Below are positions 39,123-47,196 of a stretch of 64,000 nt of DNA, piece by piece. Each line of letters starts with the position of its first letter. Position 1 is the first letter of the stretch. A program made the translations under genes and the position numbers. Under the pieces are notes generated by a model, which searched no databases, had not been told where the DNA came from, and saw only the letters and a list, made by a program, of their open reading frames with translations. The DNA comes from Bacillota bacterium (GTDB lineage Bacteria; Bacillota_I; Bacilli_A; Erysipelotrichales; Coprobacillaceae). The stretch lies in assembly GCA_030540195.1 (NCBI GenBank), contig JAUNWT010000001.1, forward strand, positions 28,598 to 92,597. The letters run 5' to 3'.

Positions 39123-39884
39123 ATGGAAACAGTTTTACAAGCAAAAAATATGACAAAGATTTATGGTATTGGAAGCAAACAACCATTTACAGCTTTAGAA
39201 AATATTGATTTAGAAATCAAAACAGGAGAATTTATTGTTGTTATGGGGGCTTCGGGTTCTGGTAAGTCAACATTAGTGAATAATATTTCAACGATTGATA
39301 TTCCTACTAAGGGTAATTTGTATATTCTCAATCAGGAAGTGAAACAAATGTCTGAAAATCAATTAGGAAAATTCAGATATCAATATTTAGGCTTTGTTTT
39401 TCAAAATTATAATTTATTAAATTCTTTAACGGTTTATGAAAATATTATGATTCCTTTAAAACTTGTAGGAGAAGATAAAAAGGTAATCGATGAAAAAGTA
39501 CATCAAATAACTAAAGAATTAAATATTGAATCATTATTAGATAAATATCCTCATGAATGTTCGGGTGGACAACAACAAAGAGTAGCAATAGCTAGAGCGT
39601 TAATTGGAAATCCTAAAATAATTATTGCAGATGAACCAACAGGAAACTTGGATAGTCAAAACTCACATGAAATATTATCTATTTTTAAAAAGATGAATGA
39701 AAATCATATTACGATTATTATGGTCAGTCATGATCCTTTGATTGCTTCTTATTCTTCAAGATTACTTTATTTAAAAGATGGTAAAATTGAAAAGGAATTA
39801 TTTAAAGGCGATAAGACACAACAAGAGTATTTTAAAGAAATTGTAAGTATTAATTCAAAGGAAATGCAAAAGATGTTGGATTAA
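39123..39884 (+). CDS. ABC transporter ATP-binding protein (MacB/BceA-like)
   Basis: ORF track 39063..39884. ATG 39123 preferred (METVLQAKNMTKIYG, GGAGG SD in AAAGGAGGAAAA). Walker A GASGSGKST, signature CSGGQQQRVAIARAL, Walker B IIADEPTGNLD. Confidence 0.9.
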   Translation: METVLQAKNMTKIYGIGSKQPFTALENIDLEIKTGEFIVVMGASGSGKSTLVNNISTIDIPTKGNLYILNQEVKQMSENQLGKFRYQYLGFVFQNYNLLNSLTVYENIMIPLKLVGEDKKVIDEKVHQITKELNIESLLDKYPHECSGGQQQRVAIARALIGNPKIIIADEPTGNLDSQNSHEILSIFKKMNENHITIIMVSHDPLIASYSSRLLYLKDGKIEKELFKGDKTQQEYFKEIVSINSKEMQKMLD

Positions 39885-39913
39885 GATATAATAAGTAAAA
39901 GGAGATGATTTAT

Positions 39914-40237
39914 ATGGGTTTTAATATTTATATTTTTATCATTGCTATTGTTGTTGTAGGTATTTATCTTTATATTAATAAAAATAAAGAAAAGAAACAT
40001 GAAGAAAAAAGATATGATTTGATTGTTATCTTTAAGGAAGAAAAATATACAGATATTAGAAATAATAATTATCTCAATCAACTAGCAGATTGGAGCTATT
40101 ATTCTAAAAAAGGATTTAGAGGATTTTGTCTTCAAACAAAAGAGGAACTAGAAAGAACAATTATTCGAGAATTGGCTTTAGAAAAAAATGATTTTGAAAT
40201 AATTAATGGGGATCCGGGATTATATGTACCTTCATAG
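39914..40237 (+). CDS. Small hypothetical membrane-anchored protein
   Basis: ORF track 39905..40237. ATG 39914 preferred on SD spacing. One N-terminal TM (IYIFIIAIVVVGIYLYI) and a charged soluble tail. No recognisable domain. Confidence 0.45.
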   Translation: MGFNIYIFIIAIVVVGIYLYINKNKEKKHEEKRYDLIVIFKEEKYTDIRNNNYLNQLADWSYYSKKGFRGFCLQTKEELERTIIRELALEKNDFEIINGDPGLYVPS

Positions 40238-40246
40238 AGAAAAGTT

Positions 40247-40291
40247 TTAACTTGTTTGTTCAATTTGGATAAACAAGTTTTTTTATGAAAA
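40247..40291 (+). repeat. 45-bp terminator repeat, copy 2
   Basis: TTAACTTGTTTGTTCAATTTGGATAAACAAGTTTTTTTATGAAAA. Identical at 43 of 45 positions to 33966-34010, including loop and tail. Confidence 0.8.
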
Positions 40292-40357
40292 ACTTGATTT
40301 TAATGAAAGTTCAGGTGTAAGCTTTGAGTTGGAAAAATAAAGGATGAGGAAAAAGGT

Positions 40358-41374
40358 ATGAATGTAAACGAAGTAAGAGAAAAAAGTAGAAGTGTGATAG
40401 GACCTTATTGTAAATCGTGTCCTATTTGTAATGGAAAAGCTTGTTCTAATAAAATACCTGGACCAGGAGCCAAAGGGACAGGGACAGTAGCTATTAAAAA
40501 TTATGAGGCTTGGCAAAAACTAGAAGTTAAAATGGATACGATTGCTTCAAATAATGAAATAGATACTTCTTTTGAATTATTTGGAAAAACATTTAAGTAT
40601 CCTGTTTTTGCAGGTCCAGTAGGTGCGGTTAGTCAACATTATAGTGATTTATATAATGATAATAGTTTTAACGAAGTGTATGTAAATGCTTGTGCAAAAA
40701 GTGGAATTGCGGCTTTTACTGGAGATGGCTTAAATGAAGAAATCATGATTCAAGCAACACGAGTGATTAAAGAAAATGAAGGTGTTGGTGTTCCAACGAT
40801 TAAACCTTGGGATAAAGAAACATGTTTTGAAAAATTAAAACTCGCGAATGAATCCAATGCTTTTGCGATTGCGATGGATATTGATGCAGCAGGACTTCCT
40901 TTTTTACAAGGAAGAATACCACCAGCTGGAAGAAAAAGTGAAGCAGAATTAAAAGAAATTATTGATTATGCTAAAGCTCCTTTTATTGTTAAAGGAATTA
41001 TGTCCGTTGAAGGAGCACAAAAAGCTATTAATGCAGGTGCTCAAGGAATTGTTGTTTCAAATCATGGCGGAAGAGTTTTAGATGGAACTCCTGCAACAGC
41101 TTCTGTTTTAGAAGAAATTGCAGACAAATTCAAAGGTCAAGTAAAAATCTTTGTTGATGGGGGAATCCGTAGTGGTTTAGATGTTTTTAAAGCATTAGCT
41201 CTAGGAGCGGATGCGGTTATTATTGCACGACCATTTGTTAATATGATTTATGGTGCAGGAAAAGAAGGGGTTGAAGCTTATGTTCAACAACTTGGACAAG
41301 AATTAGAAAATGCCATGATGATGACGGGTGTTTCTTCTTTAAAAGAAATTTCTAAAAAGAATATTTATAAATAG
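40358..41374 (+). CDS. FMN-dependent alpha-hydroxy-acid oxidoreductase family protein with N-terminal Cys4 extension
   Basis: 338 aa. FMN_dh motifs IVVSNHGGRVLDG and VDGGIRSGLDVFKALALGA. N-terminal CKSCPICNGKAC (40409-40444). Confidence 0.8.
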   Translation: MNVNEVREKSRSVIGPYCKSCPICNGKACSNKIPGPGAKGTGTVAIKNYEAWQKLEVKMDTIASNNEIDTSFELFGKTFKYPVFAGPVGAVSQHYSDLYNDNSFNEVYVNACAKSGIAAFTGDGLNEEIMIQATRVIKENEGVGVPTIKPWDKETCFEKLKLANESNAFAIAMDIDAAGLPFLQGRIPPAGRKSEAELKEIIDYAKAPFIVKGIMSVEGAQKAINAGAQGIVVSNHGGRVLDGTPATASVLEEIADKFKGQVKIFVDGGIRSGLDVFKALALGADAVIIARPFVNMIYGAGKEGVEAYVQQLGQELENAMMMTGVSSLKEISKKNIYK

Positions 41375-41430
41375 AGTACTTGTGAAAAACAAAGCTACTC
41401 TTTTTTATTATAATAATAATTGTTGTTTGT

Positions 41431-41479
41431 GAATTATTATCGTGATAATATATAGATATGAATTATTATCATAATAATA
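41431..41479 (+). promoter_or_regulatory. Duplicated 20-bp operator-like element upstream of the YheO-like regulator
   Basis: GAATTATTATCGTGATAATA (41431-41450) and GAATTATTATCATAATAATA (41460-41479): 18 of 20 identical, 29 bp apart. Each contains an ATTATC-N2-(G/A)ATAAT dyad. Confidence 0.45.
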
Positions 41480-41500
41480 AGGAAATGAGGAAGAAAAAGT

Positions 41501-42163
41501 ATGTACAAAAGTCTAGAACCTTATGCAAAGCTTGTTGATTTTTTAAGTGCTGCATTAGGAGATAATTGTGAAATAGCTTTACATGATTTAACATCAAAAG
41601 ATCAAGAAATTGTAGCTATTTCAAATAATCCAATTTCAGGAAGAGAAGTTGGTGCAAAGTTGTCAAATTTATCATTACACTATTTGGAAGAAAAACAATA
41701 TTTAGATCATGATTATGTTATGAACTATAAAACAGTAGGAAATGATGGTAAATTAATGAGAGCTGCGACTTATTTTATTAAAGAAGATGGTCGTGAAATG
41801 CCTGTTGGGATGTTATGTATCAATGTCAATATTTCTGATTTAGAATATTTAACATCAACAATTAAAAAAATCTTAGGAATTAAAGAAGAAAAAGATATTG
41901 AATTTAAAATGGATAACCCAGTTGAAATCTTATCATCACCATTAGATGAAATGATTGATATGTATATTAAAGAATGTTTAGAAAAAATGGGATTCCCAAG
42001 TTATTTCTTGGCAGAAAGATTAAATGTTGATGAAAAAATAAAAGTTGTAAAATATTTACAAGAAAAAGGGACATTTAAGGTAAAAGGTGCTATTGTTTTA
42101 GTGGCAGAAAAACTTGCAGTATCGGAACCAACAGTGTATCGTTACTTAAAGAAAAATGTATAA
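41501..42163 (+). CDS. YheO-like PAS domain plus HTH transcriptional regulator
   Basis: 220 aa. N-terminal YheO-type PAS region (YAKLVDFLSAALGDNCEIALHDL). C-terminal HTH (KGAIVLVAEKLAVSEPTVYRYLKK). Confidence 0.7.
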   Translation: MYKSLEPYAKLVDFLSAALGDNCEIALHDLTSKDQEIVAISNNPISGREVGAKLSNLSLHYLEEKQYLDHDYVMNYKTVGNDGKLMRAATYFIKEDGREMPVGMLCINVNISDLEYLTSTIKKILGIKEEKDIEFKMDNPVEILSSPLDEMIDMYIKECLEKMGFPSYFLAERLNVDEKIKVVKYLQEKGTFKVKGAIVLVAEKLAVSEPTVYRYLKKNV

Positions 42164-42175
42164 AGGAGAAATTAA

Positions 42176-43816
42176 ATGAGTGAAATTGTTTATGTAAGTG
42201 GACATAAAAATCCAGATACAGATAGTATTTGTTCAGCAATTGCTTATAGTTATTTATTAAATGCGACAAATAAATATAATGCAGTTCCTGTACGTTTAGG
42301 GGAAGTCAATCGTGAAACAGAATATGTTTTAAAACGTTTTGGGGTAGAACATCCAGTTTTATTAAAAACTGTAAAACAAAAAGTAGAAGATTTAAATTAT
42401 GATAAAGTGACTGTTTTTTCTAAAGATTTAACTTTAAAAACAGCATGGTTTTTATTAAAACAACAAAATTTAAAATCTGCACCTATTTTAGATGAACATG
42501 GTCAATTATTAGGTCTTTTATCAACTTCTAATATTATTGAAGGATATATGGATCAATGGGATAGTGAAGTATTAAAGAAAGCTAAAACTCCAGTTGAAAA
42601 TGTTATTGATACATTAGAAGCAAATGTTATTTATTTAAATGAAAATTTAAAAGTAATTAATGGAGATATTCACATTGCAGCAATGTCAGGAAATGAAGCT
42701 AAAAAACGTATTCATGAAAATGATGTTGTGATCGTAGGTGGCGATAGAAGTGATGATTTAGAAGAACTTATTTCAGTTAAACCATCTTTAATTATTTTAA
42801 CAGGTTCTTTAACTTCAAATGAACATGTTGTAAGTAAATGTAAAGAACAAGGAATTTCAATCGTTTCAACACCATTTAACACATATCAAACATCTCAACA
42901 AATTGTTCAAGCAATTCCAGTTGAATATGTGATGATTAAAGGAGATATTAAAACATTCTCAACAGATGATACTTTAGATTATATGAAAGAAGTAATGTCT
43001 GAAACAAGATATCGTGGATATCCAGTTATTGATTTAAATAACCGTTGTGTAGGAAGTATTTCACGTTTTGCCTTATTAAAAGGATTAAGAAAAAAAGTTA
43101 TTTTAGTAGACCACAATGAAAGAGGTCAATCTATTCCTGGTATCGAAGAAGCAGATATCTTAGAAATCGTCGATCACCATAGAGTAGCTGATATTCAAAC
43201 AGTTGGACCATTATTATTCAGAGGGGAACCTTTAGGTTCAACAGCTACAATTGTCACTAAAATGTTTGATGAATTAGATGTAGAAATGCCAAGTCACATT
43301 GCTGGTTTATTATTAGGTGCGGTTGTTTCTGATACATTATTATTCAAATCACCAACATGTACACCAGTAGATACAAAAATTGCGAAAAAACTCGCTGAAA
43401 TTGCCGGTGTGGATATTCAAGAATTCGCTATGGAAATGTTTAAAGCAGGAACTTCTTTAGTAGGTAAAACTGTCGATGAAATCTTTAACCAAGACTTCAA
43501 AAAATTCAGTTTTGATAATTTACAAGTAGGGGTTGCACAAGTAAACTCAATGGATATCGAAGGATTTTTACCATACAAAAAAGATATGTTAGATTATATG
43601 AATAAATTTGCGGAAGATAATAACTTAGAATTTACGTTATTATTACTTACAGATATTATCAACGCTAACAGTGAAATCTTTGTTGGTGGTCCACGTCCAG
43701 AATTAGTAGAAAAAGCATTTAATGTTCAATTAACAGATCGTCAAGGAACATTAGAAGGTGTTATTTCTCGTAAAAAACAAGTCGTTCCAGCAATTACAGC
43801 TGTTATGAGTGAGTAA
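42176..43816 (+). CDS. CBS-domain-containing family II (DHH/DHHA2) inorganic pyrophosphatase
   Basis: 546 aa. DHH N-terminus (VSGHKNPDTDSICSAIAY), CBS pair/DRTGG insert, VDHNE and VDHHR motifs, DHHA2 C-terminal domain. Confidence 0.85.
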   Translation: MSEIVYVSGHKNPDTDSICSAIAYSYLLNATNKYNAVPVRLGEVNRETEYVLKRFGVEHPVLLKTVKQKVEDLNYDKVTVFSKDLTLKTAWFLLKQQNLKSAPILDEHGQLLGLLSTSNIIEGYMDQWDSEVLKKAKTPVENVIDTLEANVIYLNENLKVINGDIHIAAMSGNEAKKRIHENDVVIVGGDRSDDLEELISVKPSLIILTGSLTSNEHVVSKCKEQGISIVSTPFNTYQTSQQIVQAIPVEYVMIKGDIKTFSTDDTLDYMKEVMSETRYRGYPVIDLNNRCVGSISRFALLKGLRKKVILVDHNERGQSIPGIEEADILEIVDHHRVADIQTVGPLLFRGEPLGSTATIVTKMFDELDVEMPSHIAGLLLGAVVSDTLLFKSPTCTPVDTKIAKKLAEIAGVDIQEFAMEMFKAGTSLVGKTVDEIFNQDFKKFSFDNLQVGVAQVNSMDIEGFLPYKKDMLDYMNKFAEDNNLEFTLLLLTDIINANSEIFVGGPRPELVEKAFNVQLTDRQGTLEGVISRKKQVVPAITAVMSE

Positions 43817-43817
43817 G

Positions 43818-44087
43818 ATGAGATTAGATAAATTTTTAAAAGTATCAAGAATTATTAAAAGACGTACTTTATCCAAAGAAATTTCACAAAGTGAACGTGT
43901 TAAAGTCAATGGTAAAGTTGCTAAACCTTCAACAAAGTTAAAGGTTGGCGATCTTATTGAAATTGAATTTGGTAGAACGATTCTTACAGTAAAAGTAAAT
44001 CTTTTAAAAGAACATGTTTTAAAAGATGAAAGTACGATGCTTTATGAAATTGTTGATGAAAAAAGAAAAGAAACAAATGAACTTTAA
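43818..44087 (+). CDS. yabO: S4-domain RNA-binding protein (YabO/Hsp15-like)
   Basis: ORF track 43809..44087. ATG 43818 preferred (MRLDKFLKVSRIIKRRT, a typical S4 N-terminus). Its position upstream of yabP-yabQ-divIC matches Bacillus synteny. Confidence 0.75.
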   Translation: MRLDKFLKVSRIIKRRTLSKEISQSERVKVNGKVAKPSTKLKVGDLIEIEFGRTILTVKVNLLKEHVLKDESTMLYEIVDEKRKETNEL

Positions 44088-44116
44088 AAAGATAGATTAT
44101 TTTCTGTCTTTTTTTC
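44086..44116 (+). terminator. Rho-independent terminator after yabO-like gene
   Basis: AAAAAGATAGA / TCTGTCTTTTT hairpin (one G-U pair) followed by a T-run. Confidence 0.5.
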
Positions 44117-44173
44117 ATTTCTTGAAGAAAAAACGTTGAAAAGTGACGAATATACTAGTAGGAGGAAAAGAGA

Positions 44174-45112
44174 ATGAATAAAGAAAAGAATATCCCATTT
44201 TATAATGACCTGTTATTTAAGTATTTCGTCTACAACAATGAAGATCAAGATTGCATGTATTTATTAAAAACAATTATTGAAGCAGTAACTCCTTTAAAGT
44301 GTAAAGAACTTTATGTAAAAAATGCAGAACTGCTTCCTAGTCATTATCGTGAAAAAAGAGCGGTATTAGATGTAAGAGTGAAAACAAATGATGGAGAAAC
44401 TGTCAATATTGAGATCCAAGCCTATGATGATTTTGAAAATGTCTTCAAAAGATTTCAATACTATGCCTGTAAAAATATTGCAACACAGATAGAAGAAGGA
44501 GATGACTACAATCAACTCAAACCATTTTATCAAATCGTACTTTATCATGAATATGATAAAGAACATCATGAATTGGTAAGGGAGTTCAGTAATACAGGGA
44601 ATAAATATCATGATAATCAAAGAAGTTTGATTTATATGTATTTTGTATTTATGAAAGAAATCGATCGAATTATTGAAGAGAAGGGAGAAGAAAACTTAAA
44701 TGAATTAGAAGAGATTGTCAATTTAATTGAAAAAGGGAATGAATGTGATAGAATAAACCTGACAAAGGTGGGACAAATCATGAAGAAAAAATATGATAAA
44801 TTCATGGAAGATGACGATTTAAAAGATGAAGCACTAGCCATCGAAAAATTTCAAAGTCAACAAAAGGCAAAACAAAGAAATTATGAAAAAGTAGTGGAAG
44901 CGTTGCAGAGTGCGCAAGAGAGAGCAAAACATGCAGAAGAAGAAAAAAGAGAAAAGATTAAAGTACAAGTCGTAAAATTCTATCAAAAGAAATACCCAAA
45001 TGAAGATATAAGTTATTTAGAAAATCTCACAGAGAAACAATATGATGAAATTTTTGATAAGCTATTAAATGATGAAAGTATAGATGAAATAAAGAAAATA
45101 ATAGGAAAGTAA
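44174..45112 (+). CDS. PD-(D/E)XK nuclease family transposase-like protein (PDDEXK_2 / Rpn-like)
   Basis: 312 aa. N-terminal NDLLFKYFV and core RAVLDVRVKTNDGETVNIEIQ (D...E-x-Q/K) typical of the family. Charged coiled-coil C-terminus. SD AGGAGGAAAA. Confidence 0.75.
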   Translation: MNKEKNIPFYNDLLFKYFVYNNEDQDCMYLLKTIIEAVTPLKCKELYVKNAELLPSHYREKRAVLDVRVKTNDGETVNIEIQAYDDFENVFKRFQYYACKNIATQIEEGDDYNQLKPFYQIVLYHEYDKEHHELVREFSNTGNKYHDNQRSLIYMYFVFMKEIDRIIEEKGEENLNELEEIVNLIEKGNECDRINLTKVGQIMKKKYDKFMEDDDLKDEALAIEKFQSQQKAKQRNYEKVVEALQSAQERAKHAEEEKREKIKVQVVKFYQKKYPNEDISYLENLTEKQYDEIFDKLLNDESIDEIKKIIGK

Positions 45113-45138
45113 GGTACGAGAAATCGTACTTTTCTTTT
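45113..45138 (+). terminator. Rho-independent terminator after PD-(D/E)XK gene
   Basis: GTACGA-GAAA-TCGTAC hairpin followed by TTTTCTTTT. Confidence 0.65.
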
Positions 45139-45435
45139 GGATGATTTGTCCAATGAAAAAATGAAGTTTGATAAGGAAACACATTATTATGATGGACTAG
45201 CAAGAGGAATGGCACACAAGGCCTGAAATTTTACCAAAATTATCTAAAAAATCTTATAGAAAAAATAGGATGATATTTTAGAAGTTTTTTTGAAAATAAG
45301 GGCTTAGACGAAATAAATCTAAGACAAATAGGTGATAAAAGAGTTTCAGTTTCTTTATGAAAATATAGGAAAAATGATTAAATGAGCATGTGCTAAATAT
45401 TCTCTTTTTTCATATACTTTAGGGGAGGAAGATAT

Positions 45436-45729
45436 ATGGATAATCAAATACATTTTGAACAAACACCTTATCATCATGTTTATTTAAAGGATCGTAAAAC
45501 ATTGGAACTTACAGGTATTAAAAAAATAGAAAGTTTTGATTCGTTAGAATTTCTTATTGAAACATCATTGGGTTATTTAAATATTAAAGGAACAGATTTG
45601 GCGTTGGTACGCTTTGATCAAGAGAAAAAGGAAGTAAGTATTAAAGGAAATATAGATGGTCTTTCTTATTTATCTAATAAAAAGATGACAAAAGGAAAAG
45701 ATACGATGTTGAATAAACTCTTGAAATAA
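45436..45729 (+). CDS. yabP: Sporulation protein YabP
   Basis: 97 aa. HHVYLKDRKTLELTGIKKIESFDSLEFLIETSLGYLNIKGTDL is a YabP-family pattern. Synteny with yabQ-divIC. Confidence 0.85.
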   Translation: MDNQIHFEQTPYHHVYLKDRKTLELTGIKKIESFDSLEFLIETSLGYLNIKGTDLALVRFDQEKKEVSIKGNIDGLSYLSNKKMTKGKDTMLNKLLK

Positions 45730-46130
45730 TGGATTTAGTTACACAAATACAGGGAATAGGCTATTCATTTGTTTACGGGATTGTCTTTACCTTTATGTAT
45801 CATCTTATTTATAGTAATCTCGTCAAGATTAAGTTCAAGTATCTACGTTACCTTCTGCAGATTTGTTGTGGGGTTCTATTTGCTGGTATCTATTTTACGG
45901 GTCTATTTTTTATAAATGAGGGTGTTTTACGTTTTTATTTTTTAGTAGCTTTAATTTTTGGTTTAATTATTTATCAAAATTATATGCACCAACAAATGAT
46001 GGGTGTCATTTATTATATAAACAAAGCAATAGATTATGTATTTTTTCCTATCCGCTTTGTTTTTTTGAGGTTTAATGCTATAATGAGGTCTATAAAGAAG
46101 AGGGTGAAAAGATGTCAAAAAAAAGATTAA
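45729..46130 (+). CDS. yabQ: Spore cortex biosynthesis protein YabQ
   Basis: 133 aa small multi-TM protein. Its start overlaps the yabP stop (TAATG). Conserved position. Confidence 0.75.
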   Translation: MDLVTQIQGIGYSFVYGIVFTFMYHLIYSNLVKIKFKYLRYLLQICCGVLFAGIYFTGLFFINEGVLRFYFLVALIFGLIIYQNYMHQQMMGVIYYINKAIDYVFFPIRFVFLRFNAIMRSIKKRVKRCQKKD

Positions 46131-46405
46131 GAAAAACATATAAACCAACAGCTTATATCTTAATTGGATGCTTTTTAATGTACATCTTATTATCACAAGC
46201 AATGGCTGCTTTTTCTCGTCAAGATGATATTAAAAAACTTGAAAATGAGGTAGCTGCGGTCAAAAAAGAAAAAAAAGAATTAGAGAATGAAGTTGAACTT
46301 TTAAATGATGATGATTATGTAACACGTTATGCACGTGAAAATTATGTTTTTACAAGAGATGGTGAACAAGTTGTCATCTTGCCAGATATGAATCAAGAAA
46401 AATAA
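46112..46405 (+). CDS. divIC: Septum formation initiator (DivIC/FtsB family)
   Basis: 97 aa. One TM (YILIGCFLMYILLSQAMAAF) followed by a coiled coil (KKLENEVAAVKKEKKELENEVELL). Confidence 0.8.
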   Translation: MSKKRLRKTYKPTAYILIGCFLMYILLSQAMAAFSRQDDIKKLENEVAAVKKEKKELENEVELLNDDDYVTRYARENYVFTRDGEQVVILPDMNQEK

Positions 46406-46425
46406 GCGCTTTGCTTATTTTTTTA
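46401..46425 (+). terminator. Rho-independent terminator after divIC
   Basis: ATAAGC-GCTTT-GCTTAT hairpin followed by T7. It overlaps the stop codon. Confidence 0.55.
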
Positions 46426-46439
46426 TTAGGAGAAGTTGT

Positions 46440-47195
46440 ATGATTATAAAAGAAAAAATAGAGATGAAATCTTTGAAAAGAAAAAGAGACATTATCATTT
46501 ATGTACCTGATGATTATCTAACATCTAAAAAAAGATATCCGGTTTTATTTATTAATGATGGACAAAATGCTTTTTTTGATGAAGAAGCTTATATTGGTAA
46601 AAGCTGGGGCTTTTTGGAAAGTGTAAAAGAATTACAAATTGATGTTATTTTAGTAGCAATTTATTGTAACTTTGAACCTTTAAAAAGAGAAGATGAATAT
46701 GGACCATGGGTCATGACACAAGAACTGTCACAAGAATTTCAATCAAATCGTTTAGTAGGTGGAGAAGGAAAAGCTTATGTTCATTTTTTGACGACAGAAT
46801 TAAAACCATACATAGATCAAAGATTTCCTACAAAAATAGATGATTATGGAATTGTCGGTAGTTCTATGGGCGCACTTATTTCGTTTTATGCCTTTTTAAG
46901 ATATCCAACGATTTTTAAAAAGTGTGCCGTACTTTCAAGTGCTTTTTGGATTTATGAACAAGAATTTGTAAATTTATTGAAAGTCTCAGCAATAAGTCAT
47001 AATATGTTGTATATGGACGTCGGTGGTCAAGAAGATGATGAAAGATATGTTTCAAGTAATGAACATATTAAAAATTGTGTAGAAGGGAAATTAAAAGATT
47101 TTCAATATCATTATTTTCCTGAAGGAAAACACAGTGAATATCATTGGTCACAAAGAGTACCACTTTTTTTAAAAATGTTTTATGGGGGAAAGTAA
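46440..47195 (+). CDS. Esterase-family alpha/beta hydrolase (putative esterase, PF00756-like)
   Basis: 251 aa. YPVLFINDGQNAFF and nucleophile elbow VGSSMGA. Confidence 0.75.
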   Translation: MIIKEKIEMKSLKRKRDIIIYVPDDYLTSKKRYPVLFINDGQNAFFDEEAYIGKSWGFLESVKELQIDVILVAIYCNFEPLKREDEYGPWVMTQELSQEFQSNRLVGGEGKAYVHFLTTELKPYIDQRFPTKIDDYGIVGSSMGALISFYAFLRYPTIFKKCAVLSSAFWIYEQEFVNLLKVSAISHNMLYMDVGGQEDDERYVSSNEHIKNCVEGKLKDFQYHYFPEGKHSEYHWSQRVPLFLKMFYGGK

Positions 47196-47196
47196 A

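Noticed and set aside
39881-40081. 66-aa minus-strand ORF (MIEIIIISNICIFFF...) opposite the small orphan gene
   Set aside because: It is an extremely low-complexity Ile/Asn/Phe translation of an AT-rich stretch with no SD. The plus-strand ORF has an SD and a plausible TM-plus-soluble-domain organisation.
45395-45418. Possible sigma-E sporulation promoter upstream of yabP (AAATATT ... CATATACT)
   Set aside because: The spacer between the -35-like ATATT and the -10-like CATATACT is only about 9 nt, against the 13-14 nt expected for sigma-E promoters.
45139-45435. The 300-bp non-coding stretch after the PD-(D/E)XK gene, as a pseudogene or small RNA
   Set aside because: I found no ORF longer than a few codons with an SD on either strand. 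I also found no convincing conserved stem-loops or recognisable riboswitch motifs. It is retained only as part of the insertion finding.
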